DNA from: an uncultured Collinsella sp.
GTDB lineage: Bacteria > Actinomycetota > Coriobacteriia > Coriobacteriales > Coriobacteriaceae
NCBI GenBank assembly: GCA_902494715.1
Contig: CABUUJ010000001.1
Span: 11,366-75,365, forward strand
Reading direction: 5' to 3'
Length of the DNA stretch: 64,000 bases
In this document: positions 47,201-55,439 of the stretch, piece by piece
How positions within the stretch are numbered: the first letter of the stretch is position 1
Layout: each line of letters opens with the position of its first letter
The notes under the pieces: model-generated
Told to the model about the DNA's origin: nothing
Databases searched by the model: none
What the model saw: only the letters and a program-made list of their open reading frames with translations
Position numbers and translations under genes: made by a program

Positions 47201-47520
47201 TGCTGGAGCGCAAAAAGGAGATTGGCATCCTGCGCGCGATCGGCGCGTCAAAGCGCAACGTGGCCAACGTGTTTAACGCCGAGACCTTTATCGAGGGCCT
47301 CATCGCCGGCGTCTTTGCTGTTGTCGTCGTGGTGGCCGTGAGCTTCCCGGTCAATGCTTGGGCGCTTGCGGTCAAACAGGTCCCCAACCTAATGAGTCTG
47401 CCCGTGCAGGATGCGCTGGTGCTCATTGCGATTTCGGTGCTGCTAACGGTCGTCGCCGGTCTACTGCCTGCCCGCAGCGCATCCAAAAAAGACCCCGTGG
47501 AAGCCTTGCGCTCCGAATAA
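44266..47520 (+). CDS. Fused ABC transporter, ATPase plus MacB/FtsX-type permease with a very large extracytoplasmic region
   Basis: ATG 44266 follows AGGAGAGG; the track start 44257 is a TTG. Walker A is GPSGSGKTT, signature [15 protein letters not shown], Walker [11 protein letters not shown]. The C-terminal FtsX reads [13 protein letters not shown]. Confidence 0.9.
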   Translation: MLELKGICKRYVTQSFTQVALDSVSLAFRDNEFVAILGPSGSGKTTMLNVIGGLDHFDSGDLLIDGISTKDFHDRDWDAYRNNRIGFVFQSYNLIPHQTILENVELALTLTGVGHAERRQRAREALEKVGLGEHVNKRPSQLSGGQMQRVAIARALINDPEIVLADEPTGALDSTTSVQVMDLLKDVARDRLVVMVTHNPELAYQYATRIVNLADGKITDDSDPFDVAKAARREAKPTRKTSMSFVTALGLSARNLMTKKGRTAMTAFAGSIGIIGIAAILALSNGVNGYIKKVEEDTLSSYPLTISKQDYDLSSMMGGQGATDDDASKNEGSSDDGTDGKARGTDKIPVVTAVKDMFASVKSNDMTSFKAWLDAGGDGIDKEVNAIQYGYGVTPVVYRAGKGDEKPVRLVPNAMTEAMSGGASSAATVSMESMGTSVFNEMIDDQSLLDSQYDVVAGHWPTSANEAVMVLSSRGTVGDYTLYSIGALDINELNDLVNSAMTADGKIETPETGTDFTYDDALSTTFKVLSPADAYRKNEETGMWTDMSGDTDFMAAKVADGIDVHIVGVVRPNETANASALSPGIAYTHALTCQLMERAADSQIVQEQLAHPETDVFTGKSFDELQGEAKQGVDLSSMFSVDEAALKSAFSFDASALSGAAGGMDLSGIDLSGLDIDLSDVGKDIDFSDIMAQAPAPDFSGIFDGLELTPEQMQQVGILANQLFEGFLQSDQFKALSPEDLKDASKLSAAFSTYLENDAAAQQCLAQLKALGGDALAERLQQAMTDYVQKQLAPYLQQAMDQVMKSISDQIAATVSAQLKAGAAGLMDQMATQMSSSFANLASAMRVDASAFARAIHFNMDAEDLSSLMMSYAKASQLTYDNNLTTLGYADEADPISVKIFPRDFEAKERVLDHIDAYNKQVKAAGHDDRAISYTDYMGIIMGSVTDIVNTISLVLIAFVSISLVVSSIMIGIITYISVLERKKEIGILRAIGASKRNVANVFNAETFIEGLIAGVFAVVVVVAVSFPVNAWALAVKQVPNLMSLPVQDALVLIAISVLLTVVAGLLPARSASKKDPVEALRSE

Positions 47521-47551
47521 TGCGACAAAGGGACAGTCCCTTTGTCGCATT
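47519..47551. repeat. Palindromic repeat unit, copy A (15-bp perfect stem), overlapping the ABC stop codon
   Basis: aatgcgacaaaggga-cag-tccctttgtcgcatt. Related copies at 53704-53736 and 54019-54048. The flank aaatcggggtctaattac resembles 53748-53766. Confidence 0.8.
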
Positions 47552-47695
47552 GAGACCCTTGCGAAATCGGGGTCTAATTACCGTTCGGCAGGTTAAGAAC
47601 TCCCTCTCCCCGCTTAATGCTTGACGAAGAGTCCTCTGGTTTATATACCTATCGGTAGGCATATAGGATGTATTGCCGATAGAAATGGAGCAACC

Positions 47696-48976
47696 ATGAC
47701 TCTCACCACACCAGCCAAAAAAGATTGTCTCCGTGAAAGCGGCGCATTTGCTTGGGTCGTCGTTATTGCGCTCGGCTTAATGTCCGCCGGAACAACTGGC
47801 ACATATAGCATTATTGCCGGCTCATTCGTTGCTCCAGTATGTGAAGATCTGGGCTTTGATTACACTTCTTTTTCTTTCTATTTCACCGCGATTCTTCTTG
47901 GCCTTGCGCTTGGGCTTCCGCTTTTGAGTCGCTTCATTCCAAAAGTAATCGGCAAACCATGGCATATTTGCATTGAACTCGTCCTTATTGCTGCCGGCGC
48001 CGCAATGGCGTTCTACACCGAGGTCTGGATGTTCACCGTCTCCGCCGCAGTGATCGGCATCTGCTTTTCGTTTACAACGGGCGTCTGCATGTCCGATGTC
48101 ATTGACCAATGGTTCAGCAAATCGTCCGGTCTTGCCATCGGCCTCGCTTGGGGCGTTAATTCTCTCTGCACGCTGTTATTGAGTCCTGTCGTTACGCTGG
48201 TCATCGAGCAGCAAGGCTGGCGTACGGGATACATCGTGCTTGCGGCCGTTTCTGCAGCTATGATTTTGCCTGCAAGCGCATTTATCATTCGCCTTAACCC
48301 CTCTGATCGCAACATGCTTCCGTACGGAGAGACCGCCTCCGAAACCCATGAGAGCTGCAGCGCCGATGAGCAGGAAGATGTCCTTTCGGGCATGGCACTC
48401 CGCGATGCCGCGAAAACGCCGTCTTTTATTCTCTGTGCCCTTTTGCTTTGCGTGGCGCAGCTCACCTGCTGCATGAACCAGCTGTTTCCAACCTATGCAA
48501 GCGAGGTCGGTTTCAATCCTATCGTAGGAAGCTTAATGGTCTCGGCAGCTTCACTCTCCGATATCTTACTAAATCCCTTCGTGGGCAAAACATGCGACAA
48601 GCTTGGCGCTATTAAAGCAACGGTCGCATGGACAGGTGTCAGCATTCTTTCATTCCTGCTTCTTATCATTGGCGGAAGCAATGAGACCGTTTCCATCATT
48701 GCAGCTGGTGTAAACGATGTCATGTTCGCCATCGTTGGAACCGCAATGCCGATGCTTCTCCTCTCGCTTTTTGGATCACGCGATTTTGGAAGGATCTATT
48801 CGATTGTTTGCTCAGCGGGCTATGTCGTCGGTGCTTTTGGAATGCCGGTCATGATGAAGGTTTACGGCATGGCAGGGTCATTCCAGGGAGTATTTATCTT
48901 CTGCATTGCCTGCAACCTTATGATTGCTGCGTTTGCTATCGTTTCCGGCTTTCTCAGTAAGGCTGCTGAAAAGTAA
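47696..48976 (+). CDS. MFS transporter (paralogue 1)
   Basis: Track ORF 47621..48976. ATG 47696 gives MTLTTPAKKD... 12-TM pattern. Roughly 60-65% identical by eye to 52354..53619 (shared AWVxVIALGLMSAGTTGxYSxIAGSFVAPVCE...). Confidence 0.85.
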   Translation: MTLTTPAKKDCLRESGAFAWVVVIALGLMSAGTTGTYSIIAGSFVAPVCEDLGFDYTSFSFYFTAILLGLALGLPLLSRFIPKVIGKPWHICIELVLIAAGAAMAFYTEVWMFTVSAAVIGICFSFTTGVCMSDVIDQWFSKSSGLAIGLAWGVNSLCTLLLSPVVTLVIEQQGWRTGYIVLAAVSAAMILPASAFIIRLNPSDRNMLPYGETASETHESCSADEQEDVLSGMALRDAAKTPSFILCALLLCVAQLTCCMNQLFPTYASEVGFNPIVGSLMVSAASLSDILLNPFVGKTCDKLGAIKATVAWTGVSILSFLLLIIGGSNETVSIIAAGVNDVMFAIVGTAMPMLLLSLFGSRDFGRIYSIVCSAGYVVGAFGMPVMMKVYGMAGSFQGVFIFCIACNLMIAAFAIVSGFLSKAAEK

Positions 48977-49010
48977 TAAGCGCCGATTGCATCGGCATAG
49001 ATTGCCACGC

Positions 49011-49060
49011 AACAGGGGTCGACTCCAAGCCAGACTGGAGTCGACCCCTGTTTTCGTTTT
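49011..49060 (+). terminator. Rho-independent terminator after MFS paralogue 1
   Basis: aacaggggtcgactcca / tggagtcgacccctgtt gives a 17-bp stem, followed by ttcgtttt. Confidence 0.85.
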
Positions 49061-49113
49061 AAAGGTTGCCCGCAGGCACCGTGGGTGCCAACATGCGTTT
49101 CAGCTTGGCTGGT

Positions 49114-49692
49114 CTATTTGAACATAAGCTCGACTATTCCCGCCCAAACCGCTTTTTCATCAATATCCTCACCTTGAGCGACCGTATTGCTCGCTCCCTC
49201 CAGAACGGTATAAAGAATTTGTACGTAGAGCATCACGTCGGCGCTATCGGAAAACGCGCCAATCTCTACACCATGAAGAAGGATGTCTTTAAGCGCATCC
49301 ATGGTTCGTTTGGTCGCCGTCGCTTGACGTTCCTGAACTGCAGGAATTCGATTTGATTGAACGCTAACCTCGGCCAGCACGCGCCGGCGCTTTTCATCGC
49401 TTCGATAGCCACCTATAACTGAATTGCCGAGCTCGATAAGCGCGGCCTTGAACCCGTCCCCATCGACTATTAGCGAGTAGTCGCGCTGATAGTCGATGGT
49501 CGGAAACATGCTGTCCAAGAGCGTAGTGAAAATCTCCTCTTTAGAGGGAAAGTAGTAGTACACCGACGGCTTGGATATACCGACAAGGTCGCAAATCTTT
49601 CCGATAGACGCTTTGTCATAACCGACTTCTGCCACAAGATCGTACATTGCGTCCAATATTTTTTTTCTTGTGCTCACGCTGCATTTCTCCAT
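49114..49692 (-). CDS. TetR/AcrR-family transcriptional regulator
   Basis: TRKKILDAMYDLVAEVGYDKASIGKICDLVGISKPSVYYYFPSKEEIF is the TetR HTH. Confidence 0.9.
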   Translation of the reverse strand: MEKCSVSTRKKILDAMYDLVAEVGYDKASIGKICDLVGISKPSVYYYFPSKEEIFTTLLDSMFPTIDYQRDYSLIVDGDGFKAALIELGNSVIGGYRSDEKRRRVLAEVSVQSNRIPAVQERQATATKRTMDALKDILLHGVEIGAFSDSADVMLYVQILYTVLEGASNTVAQGEDIDEKAVWAGIVELMFK

Positions 49693-49916
49693 TGCAAATC
49701 ACTTCCGCACTACCAACATTATTAAGGATGGCAACGGAACATCAATTCGTGTCCAAACATGACCACTATATACGGTGAACGGTATGTATCAGTAGGCGAG
49801 CGGCAAACATTCAAAACTATCTACCGAACGGTAGGTATAGTAGTACTATAGCAGGTGAAACCCCGCTATTGTCGCGGCCGGACAGCATCGCGGGAAACCC
49901 GACGGAAGGACCAACC

Positions 49917-51155
49917 ATGTACGAGAATTATCGTATGCCGGGCGAGTTCGAGAAGCGCTCCAACGTCTATGTGACATGGCTTCCCGATTACATCCGTGCA
50001 GAGGGCTACGATAACCGCCAGCCCTGCGTTGACGTGATTAAGGCTCTGCTCGAGTATGGCGACGTTACGGTCAACCTCAATTGCGGCACCCCCGGCTCCT
50101 ATGAGGAGGCTTGCTCGCGCCTGAAGGAGGAGGGGGTTGATCTCGATCGCATTGAGATTACGCAGTTCGAAGACTCCAACTTCTATGTCCGCGACAACGG
50201 CCCCAGCATCATGGTCGACGATAAAGGCCATTCTTATATGGTCAACCCCGCTTGGACCTATTACGGCGTGTGGGACAAGAACTCCCCGGAGTGCCAGTCC
50301 GCACGTAAGGCAGCCGTTCACATGGCGGTTGCGCTCGGTTGCTTCGATATTGTCAATTCCGAAATGGTTTCGGAGGGCGGCGACCGCGAGTTTGACGGTC
50401 ACGGCACTCTAATCGCCATCGAGGACACGGAATGCCGCAAGCGTAATCCCGAGTTCACGAAAGAGGAAGTAGAGGCCGAGTATAAACGCATCTACAACCT
50501 CAACAAGGTTATCTGGCTTCCGCAGCCTATGCTCGAGGACGACGACTATCGACTGGGCATCCTCGACGAGAAGGAAGACGGAACTCCCATCTTTGGCATG
50601 AGCTTTGCAGCTCACATTGATGAGATGTGTCGCTTTATCACTCCGAACAAGATTCTTCTTGCCGAGGTGTCCGATGAAGAGGCAGCCTCGAGCAAGGCTG
50701 GCGCAGAGTCTCGTCGCCGCATTGAGGCGGCCTACGAGATCCTGAGCAACGAAACGGACTGGGAGGGTAAGCCCTTCGAGATCGTTCGTATGCCCACCGC
50801 CGAGCCGATTGAAGTCGTTATCGCCCCTGGCGATGAGGATTACGAGCTCTATAAGGGCTTCATCGACGAAATGGGCGGCAAGTTTATGGATGGCACTCCC
50901 TGGCCCGAGGGCCCCGTCCACTTCTACGCAGCAGCGAGCTACTGCAACTTCCTCATCTGCAATGGCGTCGTTCTTGGTCAGCGTTATTACCACGAGGGCA
51001 TGAACGAAGTTGTGAAGGAGAAGGACGAGCAGGCCAAAGCCGTTCTTGAGAGCTGCTTCCCCGATCGCAAAGTCATCATGATTGACTCTCTCGCGCTTAA
51101 CCTGTCCGGCGGCGGCGTGCACTGCTGGACCAAGGACGTGGCAGCCAGCTGCTAG
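49917..51155 (+). CDS. Agmatine deiminase / porphyromonas-type peptidyl-arginine deiminase family protein (guanidino-group hydrolase)
   Basis: Track ORF 49869..51155. ATG 49917 gives MYENYRMPGEFEKRSNVYVTW... Family motifs present: FYVRDNGP, SEGGDREFDGHGT, AAHIDEMCRF, and the C-terminal catalytic Cys motif LSGGGVHCWT. At 412 aa it is longer than the canonical AguA as I remember it. Confidence 0.8.
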   Translation: MYENYRMPGEFEKRSNVYVTWLPDYIRAEGYDNRQPCVDVIKALLEYGDVTVNLNCGTPGSYEEACSRLKEEGVDLDRIEITQFEDSNFYVRDNGPSIMVDDKGHSYMVNPAWTYYGVWDKNSPECQSARKAAVHMAVALGCFDIVNSEMVSEGGDREFDGHGTLIAIEDTECRKRNPEFTKEEVEAEYKRIYNLNKVIWLPQPMLEDDDYRLGILDEKEDGTPIFGMSFAAHIDEMCRFITPNKILLAEVSDEEAASSKAGAESRRRIEAAYEILSNETDWEGKPFEIVRMPTAEPIEVVIAPGDEDYELYKGFIDEMGGKFMDGTPWPEGPVHFYAAASYCNFLICNGVVLGQRYYHEGMNEVVKEKDEQAKAVLESCFPDRKVIMIDSLALNLSGGGVHCWTKDVAASC

Positions 51156-51277
51156 CGAGCCTTTGAGCCTGCACTGTCTGATTTAGGCGCCACACTTACT
51201 GCTCCCCGAGGGATATCCGTGTCTCCCTCGGGGACACATTCGACATTCATCTATCACTAAATGGAAAGGAAATAGGC

Positions 51278-52342
51278 ATGAACAACAGCCTCCGCGGTCG
51301 CGACTACATCAACATCCATGATCTCTCCTCCGAGGATTTCCGCTATCTCATCGATCTTGCCTGGAACCTTAAGGCTCAGAAGAAGTCTGGTGTCGACCAG
51401 CGCTACTTCCCCGGCAAAAACGTCCTCGCCAACTTTGAGTGGGGCTCGACCCGTACTCGTTGCGCATTCGAGACCTCCTGCAACGATTTGGGCATGGGCT
51501 TCACTTATCTGACCAACTCCCACATGGGTGACTGCGAGACCGTCAAGGATGCCATGCGCGTCTTTAACGGCATGTATGATCTCATTGTCTACCGCGCACA
51601 GAAGGACGAGCAGTTCCTCTATGACGTCGCCGACCTGGTTGACATCCCGGTCATCAATGCCCTTACTCTCGGCGATCACCCGACTCAGATGCTCGCTGAC
51701 GCTCTTACGATGGAAGAGCAATGGTGCGGTCTGCGTACGAGCCGCGGCAAGAAGATGGCTTTCGTTGGCAACTGCGCCGGCGCCCCGGTGTGGTATGGCC
51801 GCCTGTGCGCTATGCTCGACATGGACTTCCTCGCCATCGGCCCCGACGACCTCCGTCATCAGATGTGCAAGGAAATGATCGAAGAGGTGGAGGCCTGCTA
51901 CGCCAAGTACGCTCCCAATAGGACCTTTACCATCACCTCTGACCTCGATGCCCTGGATGGCGTTGACGTTATCGTTACCGAGGAGTGGCGCTACATCAAC
52001 CCCGAGTGCGGCGAAGAGGTTCTGGATCCCGACGACTACAACTCCTGGCTGGGCGATGCCGAGTCCCTGTACCCCTATCGCGTCACCAGCGAGCTGTGCA
52101 AGCGCACCAACAATCCCGACATCTTCTGCATGCATGAGCTTCCCTCTGTCCACAACGCAGATCACCGTGTTGGCAAGATGCTCCTCGACCAGTGCAAGAA
52201 CGACCTCCATCGCGAGATCATCACCGAGGGTTTCGAGATTGCCGACGAGTGCTTTGAGGCCAACGCTTCGGTCATCTTCCGTGAGGCAGAGAACCGTCAG
52301 CACACCATCAAGGCCGTTATGTGTGCTCTTCTGGGTCTCTAG
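51278..52342 (+). CDS. Aspartate/ornithine carbamoyltransferase-family protein with non-canonical second-substrate motifs
   Basis: The carbamoyl-phosphate motifs WGSTRTRCAFE and HPTQMLAD are present. CMHELP replaces the OTC HCLP motif, and TEEWRYIN sits where DxxxSMG is expected. Confidence 0.8.
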   Translation: MNNSLRGRDYINIHDLSSEDFRYLIDLAWNLKAQKKSGVDQRYFPGKNVLANFEWGSTRTRCAFETSCNDLGMGFTYLTNSHMGDCETVKDAMRVFNGMYDLIVYRAQKDEQFLYDVADLVDIPVINALTLGDHPTQMLADALTMEEQWCGLRTSRGKKMAFVGNCAGAPVWYGRLCAMLDMDFLAIGPDDLRHQMCKEMIEEVEACYAKYAPNRTFTITSDLDALDGVDVIVTEEWRYINPECGEEVLDPDDYNSWLGDAESLYPYRVTSELCKRTNNPDIFCMHELPSVHNADHRVGKMLLDQCKNDLHREIITEGFEIADECFEANASVIFREAENRQHTIKAVMCALLGL

Positions 52343-52353
52343 GAGTTGTATCA

Positions 52354-53619
52354 ATGGAAAATGCAAAGTTAAAGAGCAGCAAGGTCTACGCATGGGTTCT
52401 CGTAATCGCGCTTGGCCTCATGTCTGCTGGTACGACTGGATCCTATAGCGTAATCGCCGGCTCCTTCGTCGCGCCCGTGTGCGAGGAGTTCGGGTTTGAC
52501 TATTCAATCTTCTCGTATTACTTTACCGCGACGCTCATCGGTCTTGCGGCGGCGCTTCCGTTTGTCGGAAAACTCATCCCCAAGGTTGTTGGCAAGGTTT
52601 GGCTCCCCGTCGTCGAGCTTATTCTGCTCGCCGCCGGCGCAGGCATGGCCTTCTACACCGAAGTCTGGATGTTCATCGCCGCTGGCGCCCTGATTGGCGT
52701 TTGCTTCGCCTTCACCACCGGCGTCGCCATGTCCGACGTTATTGACCAGTGGTTCAAAAAATCTGGTGGCCTGGCAATCGGTCTCGCTTGGGCAGTGAAC
52801 TCGATTTACATGCTCATCATGAGCCCCGTCATCACCTCTGTCATCGAGGCCGCTGGCTGGAGGACTGGCTATCTGGTGCTCGCTGGCGTCTCCGCCGTGC
52901 TCATTCTCCCCGCTTCCGTCCTGATTATCCGCTATAAGCCTCAGGACAAGGGCATGCTGCCCTATGGCTACGTCGAGGGCGAGACGGTCACCGAGACCGA
53001 GGAGACGACCGAGGATAGCACGCGTGGCGTTAGCTATGCGCGCGCCATTAAGTCGCCTGCCTTCTTCTTCTGCATCGGCTTCCTCTGTCTCGTTCAGCTC
53101 ACTTGCTGCATGAACCAGCTCTTCCCGACGTATGCTTCCGAGGTTGGTTTTAGCCCCATGGTGGGCGGCTTCATGGTATCCGCTGCATCGCTCTTCGATC
53201 TGTTCCTCAACCCGATCGTCGGCACCACTTGCGATAGGTTCGGCAGCACGAAGGCCATTCTGGGCTGGCTCGCTGTCTCCATCCTCTCCTTTGTCATGCT
53301 CATGATGAGCAGCGGCAACTCGACGCTTAGCATCCTCGCAGCAGGCGTGAACGACGTAATGTACGTCATCGCTGGCACTGCCCTGACCGTTTTGGTTATG
53401 GATGTCTTTGGCTCCCGCGATTTCGGTCGCATCTTCGCGCTGATCTGCTCCGTGGGCTATATCGTCGGCGCCTTTGGCATGCCCGTTATGATGAAGGTCT
53501 ATGAGCTTGTCGGCTCCTTCCAGGGCGTCTTCATCTTCTGCATCGCATGTAACGTTATTATCGGCCTGTTCTTGCTGCTGGCAAAAAAGACTGGTAAGAA
53601 CCTCTCCTGGGACGAATAG
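52354..53619 (+). CDS. MFS transporter (paralogue 2)
   Basis: Track ORF 52321..53619. ATG 52354 follows TAGGAG and gives MENAKLKSSKVYAWVLVIALGLMSAGTTGSYSVIAG... Confidence 0.85.
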   Translation: MENAKLKSSKVYAWVLVIALGLMSAGTTGSYSVIAGSFVAPVCEEFGFDYSIFSYYFTATLIGLAAALPFVGKLIPKVVGKVWLPVVELILLAAGAGMAFYTEVWMFIAAGALIGVCFAFTTGVAMSDVIDQWFKKSGGLAIGLAWAVNSIYMLIMSPVITSVIEAAGWRTGYLVLAGVSAVLILPASVLIIRYKPQDKGMLPYGYVEGETVTETEETTEDSTRGVSYARAIKSPAFFFCIGFLCLVQLTCCMNQLFPTYASEVGFSPMVGGFMVSAASLFDLFLNPIVGTTCDRFGSTKAILGWLAVSILSFVMLMMSSGNSTLSILAAGVNDVMYVIAGTALTVLVMDVFGSRDFGRIFALICSVGYIVGAFGMPVMMKVYELVGSFQGVFIFCIACNVIIGLFLLLAKKTGKNLSWDE

Positions 53620-53703
53620 TTCGATTCGTCTTAGACATACGCTGTAGGGCTTAACCTGCAGCCGCTTTGGGGCATCGACTAACATCGGTGCCCTTTTTCA
53701 TCG

Positions 53704-53736
53704 AATGTGACAAAGGAGCAGCCACTTTGTCACATT
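53704..53736. repeat. Palindromic repeat unit, copy B
   Basis: aatgtgacaaag-gagcagcca-ctttgtcacatt, followed like copy A by tgag...aaatcgaggtctaatac. Confidence 0.75.
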
Positions 53737-53750
53737 GAGTGGCATGTAAA

Positions 53751-53934
53751 TCGAGGTCTAATACTTTTCCGAGAAGTGAACGGCCATACTTGGACCTCCG
53801 AAGCATCGACATTTTTAGACGTCAAACCCGCAGGATTTGGCTGGCAAAACCGCAGGAAATTGCATCTCGAAAGTGCCGATGCTTCGGGGGCCCGTTTTCA
53901 TTCGTTCACTTCTCGGGAAAAGAATTAGACCTCG
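53751..53934. repeat. Nested inverted-repeat element of about 185 nt (MITE-like or structured RNA)
   Basis: Outer arms: cgaggtctaatacttttccgagaagtgaacg (53752-53782) and cgttcacttctcgggaaaagaattagacctcg (53903-53934), about 30/32 complementary. Inner arms: ccgaagcatcg (53798-53808) and cgatgcttcgg (53877-53887). Confidence 0.75.
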
Positions 53935-54018
53935 TTGTATGGGGTGCGGCTGGAGGGTGGTCATCGTTCAGTAGCTACCTCTTCCTTGTGAATCGCCTGA
54001 AGCGCAAGGCATAATGCA

Positions 54019-54048
54019 TGTGACAAAGGGACGGCCCCTTTGTTGTGT
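54019..54048. repeat. Palindromic repeat unit, copy C (degenerate)
   Basis: tgtgacaaaggg-acggc-ccctttgttgtg shares the GACAAAGG / CCTTTGT core with copies A and B. Confidence 0.55.
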
Positions 54049-54067
54049 TGATATGAGAGAAGAGTAG

Positions 54068-55021
54068 ATGATCCTTTCGCTGGCCCCCATGGAGGGGATT
54101 ACCGGGCATGTGTTCCGTCGCGTGCATGCGGAGTGCTTCGGTGCGCTCGATTGCTATTACACGCCGTTTTTGCCGCCGCCGCGGGTGGGAAACCGCTTTG
54201 GCGGCAAGGCGTTTAAGGAGATCGATCCTGCCAATAACCAGGGGCTCAACGTGGTGCCTCAGCTGATGTCCAAGAACGCGGACGAGTTTGCGTGGGCGGC
54301 ACAGGTGCTCGCCGACATGGGCTACCGCGAGGTCAATCTCAACCTGGGTTGCCCTTCGGGAACGGTTGTCGCCAAGGGCAAGGGCTCGGGTTTCTTGCGC
54401 AATCTCGACGAGCTCGAGGCGTTCTTAAGCGATGCGTGCGAGCGGTCGCCGTTGCCGGTGTCGGTAAAGACCAGGCTGGGGCTGGAGAATGACGACGAAT
54501 ACGAGCGCGTGCTCGATCTGTATTGCCGCATGCCGTTGGCAGAGCTCATTGTGCATCCGCGCGTGCAAAAGGACCGCTATACGGGTTCGCCGCGCAAAGA
54601 GTTTTATGGCGAGACGCTGGAGCGTGCGCCGTTCCCCGTGGCCTATAACGGTGACATTTTTGATCTTGAGGATATGGACGCGCTGGTGGAGGCCTATCCC
54701 GGCACGCGCCATGTGATGTTGGGGCGTGGCCTGCTCGCGAACCCCGCTCTGGCTCGCATGGTCAAGGGCGGCCCTGCTGCAACGGCTGCTGAGCTGCAGC
54801 GCTTCCACGACACGCTGTTTGCGGCATATGCAGAAGAGATTGGCGGCAATGCGGTCTTCCGCATGAAGGAGTGGTGGTTCTACGCCAAGTGCGCTTTTGC
54901 TGATCCCGCTACCGTCCACAAGATCGTACGCAAGACCAAAAAGGTCGACGAATACCGCGCTGCCGTCGAGCGCGTCTTTCGCGAACAGCCGCTTGCACCC
55001 ATAGCTCGCTTCCACGGCTAA
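54068..55021 (+). CDS. tRNA-dihydrouridine synthase family protein
   Basis: MILSLAPMEGITGHVFRRV...VNLNLGCPSGTVVAKGKGSGFL...VSVKTRLG are typical Dus TIM-barrel motifs. Confidence 0.85.
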   Translation: MILSLAPMEGITGHVFRRVHAECFGALDCYYTPFLPPPRVGNRFGGKAFKEIDPANNQGLNVVPQLMSKNADEFAWAAQVLADMGYREVNLNLGCPSGTVVAKGKGSGFLRNLDELEAFLSDACERSPLPVSVKTRLGLENDDEYERVLDLYCRMPLAELIVHPRVQKDRYTGSPRKEFYGETLERAPFPVAYNGDIFDLEDMDALVEAYPGTRHVMLGRGLLANPALARMVKGGPAATAAELQRFHDTLFAAYAEEIGGNAVFRMKEWWFYAKCAFADPATVHKIVRKTKKVDEYRAAVERVFREQPLAPIARFHG

Positions 55022-55085
55022 CTAGTCATCGGGAGCGTTCTTTAACGACTGGTCATTTAAGGACGTCCCCAACGACTATGTAGCA

Positions 55086-55150
55086 AAAAGCTGTACACCA
55101 GCATCCAAAGATGTCGAAAAATGTCGACTATGGATGCTGGTGTACATGTT
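55086..55150. repeat. 65-bp direct repeat, copy 1, containing a 16-bp perfect hairpin
   Basis: aaaagc-TGTACACCAGCATCCA-aagatgtcgaaaaatgtcgacta-TGGATGCTGGTGTACA-tgtt. 61/65 identical to 56165-56229. Confidence 0.9.
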
Positions 55151-55172
55151 TGGGTCCGACGGGGGAGCGGGC

Positions 55173-55439
55173 CTAGGCAATCAGTGCATCAAGTATAATG
55201 ACCTCTCTGAGCCGCTCCGTGCGTGTTTGCCCATGGCGTTTGGCTTTTTCGTCAAACGCCTCAAGAATCGATTCGCCCACACGTGCTGATATAACGACGC
55301 TCGGCTCATCGGAGATTGGTGGCCTTCCCAACTTGATGGTGCGACCTTTCGGCCACTCATCTTTTTCGTAGGCTTCCGCGGCTTTCTTCAACTCTCCGGG
55401 AGCAAACCCCATCATCTTTTCGAGCTGCTTAGCATCCAT
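55173..55439 (-). CDS. Small ribbon-helix-helix (CopG-like) protein, possible orphan antitoxin/repressor
   Basis: Track ORF 55173..55514. ATG 55439 follows AGGAGG and gives MDAKQLEKMMGFAPGELKK...VVISARVGESILEAFDEKAKRHGQTRTERLREVIILDAL (beta-strand then two helices pattern). No partner gene is adjacent. Confidence 0.6.
   Translation of the reverse strand: MDAKQLEKMMGFAPGELKKAAEAYEKDEWPKGRTIKLGRPPISDEPSVVISARVGESILEAFDEKAKRHGQTRTERLREVIILDALIA

Noticed and set aside
53707-54014. Track ORFs 53707..53928 (73 aa) and 53739..54014 (91 aa)
   Set aside because: They run straight through the nested inverted repeats, have no RBS and no recognisable family. I interpret them as non-coding repeat DNA.
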